From an uncultured delta proteobacterium (lineage in GTDB: Bacteria > Desulfobacterota > Syntrophobacteria > Syntrophobacterales > Syntrophobacteraceae), in contig CAWEHK010000008.1 of NCBI GenBank assembly GCA_963808625.1, positions 32,001 to 96,000 of the forward strand: a stretch of DNA of 64,000 nt, in the 5' to 3' direction. The notes under the pieces were generated by a model. The model was not told where the DNA came from and ran no database searches. It worked only from the letters and a program-made list of their open reading frames with translations. The translations under genes were made by a program, and so were the position numbers. Each line of letters opens with the position of its first letter. Within the stretch, counting starts at the first letter, position 1. This document shows, in pieces, positions 24,362-32,016 of the stretch.

Positions 24362-25224
24362 AGATCACCCATGATTTGATTGATGGCCTCAACTGCAATG
24401 CTTTCGGCTCGCACGGTCAAGTGGGTGTAGATGGCCGTGGTGGTTGGGGAATCGTGCCCCAGATACTCCTGGATGAGACGAAGGTTGACTCCGGCTTCGA
24501 GCAAATGAGTAGCCCACGAGTGGCGAAGCGTATGCACACTGGCCAGCTTATTGACCCCGCTCTCCTTGAGAGCTTCCTTGAAGGTGATCTGTACACTGCT
24601 CTTTGGCATGGACTCGGTTGCTCCGGGCATGTGGATGCCGCCGCGACCCGGTGCGGGGAAGATAAGGTTGGGATTGCGATGAGTGGCCCAGTAGCGTCGC
24701 AGGATCTCAAGAGTGGTCTTGGGCAGGGGGACATAGCGATCCTTGGCGCCTTTGCCATGGCGTACATGAATGAGCATCCTTGAGCTATCGATATCGGTAA
24801 CCCGAAGGTGTGTGCCCTCCTGTAGGCGCAGTCCGCATGAGTAGATGGTGGTGAGGCATGCTCGATAGCGGTCCAATCGGATGCAGTTCAAGATCTTTCG
24901 GACCTCTTCGATGCTCAGGACGACGGGAAGCTTTTTCTCTCGGGGAGGCCGGACGAAGGTGAGGGTGCTCCAGTCACGTTTTAAGGTGTGCCGGAAGAAG
25001 AACTTGATCCCGCAAAGAGCAATGGTGCTGGCAGTTCTGGAAAACTTTTTGACGTTCTTGAGATAAAGAAAATACTGGCGAAGCTCTTCATCTGTGACTT
25101 GATCGGGAGATTTGTGATAGTGTTCGGAAAGCTTGCGCACTGCCCTGACGTACATTTTCTGAGTTGTGTCAGACATGCCCCTGAGTTGAAGATCCTCGAT
25201 CATTCTCTTTCTGAGCTCAGTCAT
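24358..25224 (-). CDS. Tyrosine recombinase/integrase with N-terminal SAM-like domain
   Basis: YSCGLRLQE, GKGAKDR, HTLRHSWATHLLEAG, LGH, TTAIYTH; stop overlaps the transposase start. Confidence 0.93.
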   Translation of the reverse strand: MTELRKRMIEDLQLRGMSDTTQKMYVRAVRKLSEHYHKSPDQVTDEELRQYFLYLKNVKKFSRTASTIALCGIKFFFRHTLKRDWSTLTFVRPPREKKLPVVLSIEEVRKILNCIRLDRYRACLTTIYSCGLRLQEGTHLRVTDIDSSRMLIHVRHGKGAKDRYVPLPKTTLEILRRYWATHRNPNLIFPAPGRGGIHMPGATESMPKSSVQITFKEALKESGVNKLASVHTLRHSWATHLLEAGVNLRLIQEYLGHDSPTTTAIYTHLTVRAESIAVEAINQIMGDL

Positions 25225-25353
25225 GGCTATACCTCCTTGGAGTTTGGGTGAAGGGTTGACACTCCAAGTATAGGCATGCTGGACTCTTCAGAGAATTGTC
25301 GGGATTCACTCGGGGGCTGGCAGTGCGGCACTGCGCGTAGCGCTTAGTTCAAC

Positions 25354-26256
25354 CGAGGGTTGGAGCGGAGTACCCACGTGATTACGGTGCTTACACCGTC
25401 GGCACTAGAATCAGAGTGGGTGAGAATGGAGACAAACGTGGCAATCGCCTTAGAACGAAAAGGGAAACTACAGGTAATCCCTCTCGATGTCATGTCTTGT
25501 GATCCGCCCTCTCTTTGGACAAGCTATCAAACGATTTCTTTCCAGTCCAATTATAAGGAGGGTCTCAGCAAGCTTGCCGATATTTTGGAAATCCGCGCTA
25601 CACCTCCCCAAATAGCCGGTGTATTGAAATCTGGTGCGATTTCAGACCTCAGGGCGGTAACCGTTCTGGAGCCTGAAGGAAACCTAGCGGCAGAAGTGAT
25701 GGACCTATCATCCGAGTTGCAGCGGGAATCAAGTCAAGGAGACCGGACCACACCTGAACTGCCACAAGTGATGAACCAAGAGCGGCCTTCCATCAAGACC
25801 AAAATCACCTTGAAGCATTGGGTAGCTATTTTGGGCCTGATCGTGGCCATCTTTGCGCTTCCATGGATTTGGGAGAAGTTGACCTCCAACCCGCCTCCCC
25901 TGCCAGCAAGTGAGACCGTAAAGGAGTTGACCCCCACCCCGCCTCCCCCGCCACCACGTGAGACCGTAACTGTATACCCGCAAATCGGGCAGGATAAAGA
26001 TAGAGGTCAATATACTTCCATCAAGAACACTTTAGCCAAGTCTCGATTCACGGTGATGCCACTGGAGGTTTTGAACCGCAGAATCAGTCGTAGTGAAATT
26101 CGGTATTGCAATCCAAGCAATACTGAAGATGCCACCGCACTAAAGAGTCTCCTTGAGTCAAAAGGCTTTGGCGAACTTGGCCTAGTGAATATCAGCGATT
26201 GCGACGCCAAAGCGAATCGAAACATCCTTGAGCTCTGGGTTCAATCCAGCAATTGA
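25354..26256 (+). pseudogene. TIR-domain membrane protein, 3' part (rest of TIR, TM, Pro-rich linker, LytR_C-like domain)
   Basis: LERSTHVITVLTPSALESEWVRME, TM WVAILGLIVAIFALPWIW, PPPPPP linker, SEIRY....DATALK. Confidence 0.8.
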
Positions 26257-26320
26257 TGCTGCGTGATGCCAAACAATTACCGAAGACTCTAACGAGTGAC
26301 GAGACGAGTGGGGTCGGGCC

Positions 26321-26474
26321 TAATGCCGTTAACTTAAGGAAAATCTCGTCGGCCACGTCGTCATCCCAGGAAAGGCTTGGTCTGGAAGACTTTGAAAACA
26401 CACCATTTCGCGTTTCGCCTGAATGGCGCCAAGGTGTCTCCACATCAGGGTGAGAGCTTAAGTTAACGGCATTA
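26321..26474. mobile_element. IS4-type MITE (154 bp) with 9-bp target duplication
   Basis: Perfect 18-bp TIRs TAATGCCGTTAACTTAAG; flanking GGTCGGGCC at 26312-26320 and 26475-26483. Confidence 0.85.
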
Positions 26475-26483
26475 GGTCGGGCC

Positions 26484-26942
26484 AAGCTAGGTGTCCTATG
26501 TCCCAGGAAAACCGTTCAGGATAAAGGGCTTTTTTGACTTTAGAAGTGCATTTTTGATGGGGAAATTGACCGTTTAAGGCAAAGAGTAATAGGATATGGC
26601 AAGAGCCAAACGGTATTTCCTGTCTGGATATGCGTGACATCTAACTCATCGGCGTCACAAGAAGGAATTTCTCCTCAAGTTCGCAAGGCGCAAGGGGCCG
26701 CAGGCGATGGTTCCACTGGCGGTTCGAGGCAAAGAAACGTTATGGTCTGCGGGTTCTGAACTACATGGTCATATCCAAATAGATCCATGCTACGGAGATT
26801 GACTATGAACGACAACCCGAACGGAGACACATCCCACGAAATCACTTAGCATCATTACCAAAGAAGGCTACTCGCGCGCTGCCATGGAAGACGATGTGCA
26901 TGGAAAAGCAAAGGAATGTCGTGTGTCTGCAGTAGGCGTGCC
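26484..26942 (+). repeat. ~460-bp direct repeat copy 1 (RAYT 5' end plus start of the GH75-like gene)
   Basis: Aligns along its length with 27623-28082. Confidence 0.9.
26596..26790 (+). pseudogene. REP-associated tyrosine transposase (RAYT/Y1) remnant 1
   Basis: MARAKRYFLSGYA*HLTHRRHKKEFLLKFA...FEAKKRYGLRVLNYMV. Confidence 0.7.
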
Positions 26943-26961
26943 TGGCGAGCAGGGTCGGGCC

Positions 26962-27622
26962 GTAAGCGCCGGGATAAACCGGCATAGAGTAGGGGATGAA
27001 AGAGCCCCACATGAAAGGAGGAGCTGCTCCATCGTGGCCCCGAGTCATGTGCGGGTAGCCGTGAGGTTACACGTGATGCAGTTGACAGGGGAAAACGCAG
27101 GCCAGCCATTGAGCTCCGAAATCACCCATCCGGGATGCCGACCTTGTGGTCCGAGGGGGAAGGCAATACTGGATGAGGGCGTTAGACAGCGAGCCCTCGC
27201 CAGGTCCCGCGGAGTCTAAGACCCTGTGCATGCGTGGACAGTCTATGCTCGAGAACCGGGAGATCTCCATAGCCTCTGGGGGCATCATCGCAGAGCGGTC
27301 GGGGAAGGCCTGTGGCCATAAGCCCGATGTGAACGCTATGGAGAAGTCAGACATCGGCGTAGTACCGAAGAAGGAGCCGAACAACGCACAGTGGCGGCGG
27401 AGGCTCTGGAGGGAAGGCCGGTGACCGAGGGGAATTCTGTAAAGCCCGACTGGGACCTGCACACAGTGGCAGGAGTAAACATTGATCGGACTTGACAGAA
27501 TACGTGAAACAGCAGAAATCAGCGACTTTGCGTCATTAACCCAAGGTAGGAGCCGTATGAGATAATTCCTCACGTACGGATCTGTGCGGGGGGTGCCGGG
27601 CGACCGGCATTCCTACCGCGAT
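26962..27622 (+). ncRNA. Group II intron with reverse-transcriptase ORF deleted
   Basis: Domain V GAGCCGTATGAG..CTCACGTACGGATC; domain VI ending CCTACCGCGAT (AY); 5' GTAAGCGCCGGG; EBS1 GGTCCGA (27148-27154) pairs with IBS1 TCGGGCC (26955-26961). Confidence 0.9.
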
Positions 27623-28082
27623 AAGCCAAGTGTTCCATGTCTCAGGAAAACCTTTCAGGATAGAGGGCTTTTTTGATCTTAGGAGTGCATTTTTGATGGA
27701 GAAATTGACCGTTTAAGGCAAAGGAGTAAAGGGATACGGCGAGAGCCAAACAGCAGTCTTTATCCGGCTATGCGTGACATCTAACTCATCGGTGTCACAA
27801 GAAGGAATTTCTCCTCAAGTTCGCATGGCGCAGGGGGCCGCAGGCGATGGCTCCACTGGCGGTTCGAGGCAAAGAAACATTATGGTCTGCGGGTTCTGAA
27901 CTACATGGTCATATCCAAGTACATCCATGCTACAGAGATTGACTATGAACGACAACCCGAACGGAGACACATGCCATGAAATCACTTGGCATCGTTACCA
28001 AAGAAGGCTACTCGCGCGCTGTTATGGAAAACGATGTGCATGGAAAACCAATGGAATATCGTGCACTTGTAGTAGGCGTGCC
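27623..28082 (+). repeat. ~460-bp direct repeat copy 2 containing RAYT remnant 2
   Basis: Homologous to 26484-26942; RAYT start codon changed to ACG at 27736; same premature TGA. Confidence 0.9.
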
Positions 28083-28176
28083 AGTCTTGAGAGTACAAGA
28101 CCACAGGTGACAGCGATAGGAAACCTTGACCATCTTGGATGACTTGGGTGAGGTTATCAGAAGGAACGGATAAACC

Positions 28177-28410
28177 GTGAAATTTGAACTCATCAGCCAA
28201 ATCGAAGGGATCGAGGTCATCGCGGTCGGGACCAGCATCCGCAATTTGGCTTATCTTGAAAAGATTTATGGCTCGGGGCGATGGAGAAAGCTCAAGGGCA
28301 GAGCTCATGCCCGACTCCCCAATGGAAACATCAGGTGGGTTGAGTTACCCTGGTACGAAGCTCATGGGATTGGCCGTAAAGATATAAAAATTAAGCGTTA
28401 TATGGAATGA
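28177..28410 (+). CDS. Small basic hypothetical protein (putative toxin)
   Basis: 77 aa, GRWRKLKG, WYEAHGIG; first gene of a tight two-gene pair. Confidence 0.7.
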   Translation: MKFELISQIEGIEVIAVGTSIRNLAYLEKIYGSGRWRKLKGRAHARLPNGNIRWVELPWYEAHGIGRKDIKIKRYME

Positions 28411-28414
28411 GACA

Positions 28415-28654
28415 ATGATTAAGCACAAAACACATTTTGCCATCTGCGTTGATAATACCGACTACGAAGCTTCTCTGGTCTTGAGAAAGATCTATGAGAT
28501 CATTCCGGATGAGGCGGCTGCCAGGGACGATCTCTTAAGAATTGTGGATGAGAGCGGGGAGGACTACCTCTATCACAGGAGCCAGTTCGTGGTGGTGGAG
28601 TTTCCAGTAGAAGTGGAGCATGCATTGCTCGCTGCGCAGGGTATGACAGCGTAG
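28415..28654 (+). CDS. Small acidic hypothetical protein (putative antitoxin)
   Basis: 79 aa, FAICVDN.DY.ASL..RKIY, RIVDESGEDYLY; 4 bp after its partner. Confidence 0.7.
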   Translation: MIKHKTHFAICVDNTDYEASLVLRKIYEIIPDEAAARDDLLRIVDESGEDYLYHRSQFVVVEFPVEVEHALLAAQGMTA

Positions 28655-28657
28655 CGG

Positions 28658-28865
28658 TAACTCATCGCTGTCACAAGAAGGAATTTCTCCTCAAGTTCGC
28701 AAGCGACCGCGGGCGATGCCTCCGCTGGCTGTTCGAAGCAAAAAAACGATATGGACAGCGTGTTCTGAGTTACATGGGCGCATCCAACCACATCCATTTG
28801 GAGCACAAGTGGAGTGAGAGCATTGCCGTAGGAAGCAGCAATTTTGTCGAAAGGATGAAGGGTGG
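28658..28865 (+). pseudogene. RAYT remnant 3 (internally deleted)
   Basis: THRCHKKEFLLKFASDR..WLFEAKKRYG..SNHIHL (HUH) joined to C-terminal WSESIAVGSSNFVE. Confidence 0.75.
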
Positions 28866-28899
28866 ATTACTAACCGCAACTCGAACGGAGACGCATCCT

Positions 28900-29532
28900 A
28901 TGAAAACACTTGGCATCATTTCCAACGAAGGCTATTCGTGCACGGTCATGGAAGACGACGAAGGGCGCGTTTTTTACACAGCAGATGGCGATATTGATGC
29001 TGATGGAGCGAACGGCCAGAATGGAGCTCCAGCCGCCTATAGAGCCGACGATAAGGGTACGGAGAGTCTCGCCAATGGCGGGATGGCGATCCGCGACGGG
29101 AAAGTCATCTGCGCGAATTCCTGGGCGCGGGATATCGTAATTCTCGGGCCAGACAATGAGCCCAAGATTTTCCCAGGCGGTATCATCGCGTCTTGCACAT
29201 GGTATCGCCACCCCGGCAAGCCAGCCAATGACCCGGCGGCTTACGTCGATGCCGAAACGGTGCCCTACATCGTCGTTCCTCCGCTCATTATCCAAGCCAC
29301 AGCCGGCGTGGTGCGCGGATGCAAGGCCCGCGTGACCTGGCGCAGCAAATCCGTCGATTGCGTCGTTGCCGACAAAGGCCCGAGGAACAAAATCGGTGAG
29401 TTAAGCATTGCCGCAGCCCGTGAGATCGGTCTGCCGTCCAGTCCCCGCAGCGGCGGAACGGACAAGCCCGAAATTTTCTATGAACTGTGGCCAGGCGTCG
29501 CAGCGCCAGGTTTCGTGCTCCAACCAGCGTAA
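28900..29532 (+). CDS. GH75 chitosanase-like hydrolase
   Basis: DIDADG, DAETVPYIVVP, VVADKGP..KIGELS.AAA..IG. Confidence 0.65.
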   Translation: MKTLGIISNEGYSCTVMEDDEGRVFYTADGDIDADGANGQNGAPAAYRADDKGTESLANGGMAIRDGKVICANSWARDIVILGPDNEPKIFPGGIIASCTWYRHPGKPANDPAAYVDAETVPYIVVPPLIIQATAGVVRGCKARVTWRSKSVDCVVADKGPRNKIGELSIAAAREIGLPSSPRSGGTDKPEIFYELWPGVAAPGFVLQPA

Positions 29533-29589
29533 TGGCCATTTGGGGCGGGTGGGGTCGGGTTCACTGCCCAGGCAATGCCTATGGAGATG

Positions 29590-29830
29590 CAACACCAATA
29601 AAGCACTCATTCTTATTCAGATAGGCTCTCCAAATCCCTGCTTTGCGGATGCTGATTAATGCCCAACCAACTTTTCGGGTTGCTCAGAGAAGAAATTTAT
29701 AGGACACCATGGCAGAGCGATCCTGCGTGAACATACAGAGCAAAAAAGGAAAGGCCAGGACCTACCAGGTAAGGCAAGTGCGCTCAAGGCCTTCGAGAGG
29801 TTGAAATTGGAGCATGGCACTGAAAGATGA
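29590..29830 (+). pseudogene. hicA: HicA-like toxin pseudogene
   Basis: Broken frames giving YRTPWQSDP.VNIQSKKGKARTYQVRQV..AFERL, overlapping the hicB start. Confidence 0.65.
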
Positions 29831-30143
29831 TCGTTACACTTACCGGGTTACATGGTCTGAGGACGATAAAGAGTACGTGGGTTTGTGCGCGGAATTCCCC
29901 AGTTTGAGCTGGCTGGCGCGTACTCCTGAGGCAGCCCTGAAAGGTATTCGCAAGGTCGTTGCAGAGGTCGTTGTGGATATGAAAGACAACGGCGAGCCCC
30001 TCACAGTGCCCATTGCATCCAGACAGTATAGTGGCAAATTCGTGATCCGGGTTCCCCCTGAAGTACATCGCAACCTGGCAGTCCAGGCTGCAGAAGCCAG
30101 CGTGAGCTTGAATCGTTTGGCCGGTTCAAAGCTGGCTCAGTAG
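29814..30143 (+). CDS. hicB: HicB-family antitoxin
   Basis: YTYRVTWSEDD.EYVGLCAEFPSLSWLA; YSGKFVIRVPPEVHRNLA..A....VSLN. Confidence 0.88.
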   Translation: MALKDDRYTYRVTWSEDDKEYVGLCAEFPSLSWLARTPEAALKGIRKVVAEVVVDMKDNGEPLTVPIASRQYSGKFVIRVPPEVHRNLAVQAAEASVSLNRLAGSKLAQ

Positions 30144-30196
30144 CATGAAACCCGCATAAACAGTCATGACTGCATGCCGAAAAAAAAGATTGGCGG

Positions 30197-30236
30197 TTGA
30201 CACCACTCCTGGTATGGGCTTACAATGTAGCTACAT
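30197..30236 (+). promoter_or_regulatory. Sigma70 promoter with overlapping palindromic operator for the mazEF-like pair
   Basis: TTGACA-N18-TACAAT; palindrome ATGTAGCTACAT at 30225-30236. Confidence 0.65.
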
Positions 30237-30256
30237 AATATCGGGAGGATTGTCTA

Positions 30257-30505
30257 ATGAAGACGCGCCTAATTCGTATTGGAAATTCTCGTGGCATCCG
30301 ACTGCCAAAGCCGCTCATCGCTCAAGCCGGCCTGACCGACGAGGTGGAACTGCATGTAAGAGAGGGAGCCATAGTGATCGAGGCCACCTCCAAACCGAGG
30401 GGTGGATGGGCTCAAGCTGCCAAAGATATGCATGAATGCGATGACGATCTGCTGTTAGATCCACCTGCGCCTACCCAATTTGACGAGAAGGAGTGGGAAT
30501 GGTAG
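30257..30505 (+). CDS. AbrB/MazE-family antitoxin
   Basis: IRIGNSRGIRLPK; acidic C-terminus EKEWEW. Confidence 0.9.
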   Translation: MKTRLIRIGNSRGIRLPKPLIAQAGLTDEVELHVREGAIVIEATSKPRGGWAQAAKDMHECDDDLLLDPPAPTQFDEKEWEW

Positions 30506-30834
30506 TGGCTGGAGATGTTCGCAGAGGTGATGTTTTCCTGATCAGCCTGGACCCGACTCGTGGGGGTGAGATCCAGAAGACCCGCCCTTGTGTAATCGTC
30601 TCGCCGGATGAACTCAATGCCAATTTACGGACATTCATTGTTGCGCCTCTCACGACGGGCGAGCATCCTTATCCCTTTCGGGTGCCCTGCAAGTTTCAAG
30701 GCCGTTCAGACCATATCGTTCTCGATCAAATTCGCACTGTGGATCGTGAGCGGTTGGAACGGCGACTGGGAAAGCTTTCCTCATCTACCCTCGGGCGTGT
30801 TTTGGCAATTTTGCAGGAGATGTTCACACCATAG
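30499..30834 (+). CDS. MazF/PemK-family endoribonuclease toxin
   Basis: RGDVFLISLDPTRGGEIQKTRPCVIVSP, APLT, DQIRTVDRERL. Confidence 0.92.
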   Translation: MVVAGDVRRGDVFLISLDPTRGGEIQKTRPCVIVSPDELNANLRTFIVAPLTTGEHPYPFRVPCKFQGRSDHIVLDQIRTVDRERLERRLGKLSSSTLGRVLAILQEMFTP

Positions 30835-30929
30835 CTATGGCCTGACCTGCCGCCCAAATGGTTTCAGCTGTTTTCGAGTGGTGTCAGGCAAAGCTAAATA
30901 TTCCATGTCTCAGGAAAACGTTCCAGGAT
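30832..30929. repeat. Inverted plus direct copies of the RAYT-end/REP motif
   Basis: TAGCTATGGCCTGACC (inverted) and GGTGTCAGGCAAAGCTAAATATTCCATGTCTCAGGAAAAC, similar to 26475-26512 and 27623-27651. Confidence 0.7.
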
Positions 30930-30937
30930 CAGATCAT

Positions 30938-31243
30938 ATGAGAGAGGAAAGAATTAAGCCTGTTCATCCCGGTGAGGTCCTCTTAGAGGAGTTCCTTAAG
31001 CCCATGGGGATTAGCCAGAACAAGCTGGCGCTTGATATACGTGTTCCGCCGCGCCGCATTAACGAGATCGTGCACGGAAAACGCAGAATTACGGCAGATA
31101 CAGCTCTACGTCTTGCGCGCTGCTTTGGCACATCTCCGCAGTTCTGGCTAGGCCTTCAGATGGACTACGATCTTGACGTTGAGGAAGACAGGCTCGGCGA
31201 TAGGCTGCAACACGATGTGCGCCAGTATGCAGCTACCGGTTAA
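30938..31243 (+). CDS. higA: HigA-family antitoxin (orphan)
   Basis: PVHPGEVLLEEFL, RINEIVHGKRRITADTALRLA, FWLGLQ. Confidence 0.9.
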   Translation: MREERIKPVHPGEVLLEEFLKPMGISQNKLALDIRVPPRRINEIVHGKRRITADTALRLARCFGTSPQFWLGLQMDYDLDVEEDRLGDRLQHDVRQYAATG

Positions 31244-31244
31244 T

Positions 31245-31308
31245 TACGATCAAGGGCTTCCAGTGGACGCTCGCTTTGCTCGCGCCAATGAAGCACGCGC
31301 CGTTATGC
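31245..31308 (+). other. attC-like site (5' box degenerate)
   Basis: Arms CTTCCAGTGGACGC / GCGCCAATGAAG with bulged bases; 3' core GTTATGC. Confidence 0.65.
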
Positions 31309-31331
31309 TCAAATACCAGAGGATGAAACCG

Positions 31332-31589
31332 ATGCCAACAATACTTTTAATACTCGGGTGGAGAGTGTTCTTCTACACCAATGAGGGGAATGAACCCATC
31401 CATGTCCATTGCCGCAAAGGAGACATGGAATGCAAATATTGGCTGGATCCCCAGAGATTTAATATTGAGGAGGCTTTTGCCTATAATGTCTCACCAGCAG
31501 ATAAGAGGCAGATCAGGAAAATCATCTATGAGCATTTCGAATATATCGAACAGCAATGGGATGAGTTTCAAAGGAGGTCACATCAATGA
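31332..31589 (+). CDS. DUF4160-like protein (putative toxin)
   Basis: MPTIL...GWRVFFY.NE..EPIHVH. Confidence 0.8.
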   Translation: MPTILLILGWRVFFYTNEGNEPIHVHCRKGDMECKYWLDPQRFNIEEAFAYNVSPADKRQIRKIIYEHFEYIEQQWDEFQRRSHQ

Positions 31590-31843
31590 GGAAACATCAT
31601 GATATCAAAAACGTGACGTTTGAAGGTGACGCCCTGGTTTTGACTATCGACGGTGAGGAAAGACGATTCCAACTGAAGGAGATATCCCCTCTCCTTCAAA
31701 AAGCGTCAGATCAAGAGAGAAACACTCTCGAAATCTCACCCTCGGGCTATGGGATACATTGGCCTCTATTAGATGAAGACATTTCCATCGATGGATTGCT
31801 CGGAATTTATCATGCACCGGAATGGCAACGAAAGAGCGCATAA
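31586..31843 (+). CDS. DUF2442-like protein (putative antitoxin)
   Basis: P.L..AS..ER, GYGIHWPLLDEDISIDGLL; ATGA overlap with the upstream gene. Confidence 0.82.
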   Translation: MRKHHDIKNVTFEGDALVLTIDGEERRFQLKEISPLLQKASDQERNTLEISPSGYGIHWPLLDEDISIDGLLGIYHAPEWQRKSA

Positions 31844-32016
31844 CCAGGAGGGAGAAATGGTAAGCCCATGCAGGCAAGCATGGAGTTCATCACCACCTCG
31901 CGCTGCGCGCTTTTCGCTTATTCAATCCACAAAAAGAAAGCACAAAGAAGTGTCCACTTCCTTTTCGTAGTTCAAAACCAGGTCAAAATGAGTGGAGCGT
32001 GTTTTCGTTAAGCTCC

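Larger units (their letters stand above)
22896..25353 (-). mobile_element. IS91-like element with tyrosine recombinase; TCAAC core duplicated at both junctions
   Basis: Removing 22896-25353 restores the TIR frame (DAIN|RGLERS); TCAAC at 22891-22895 and 25349-25353. Confidence 0.9.

Noticed and set aside
24358..25224. Calling the recombinase an integron integrase (intI) serving the array
   Set aside because: It appears to lack the IntI-specific insertion, is coupled to the IS91 transposase and lies inside a discrete inserted element
28110..28165. attC site before the 28177 gene pair
   Set aside because: GTTATCA core is present but the arms pair poorly and the downstream CGGTAAC match is weak
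26300..31000. CRISPR array
   Set aside because: Repeats are long and irregularly spaced, with no constant repeat-spacer period and no cas genes
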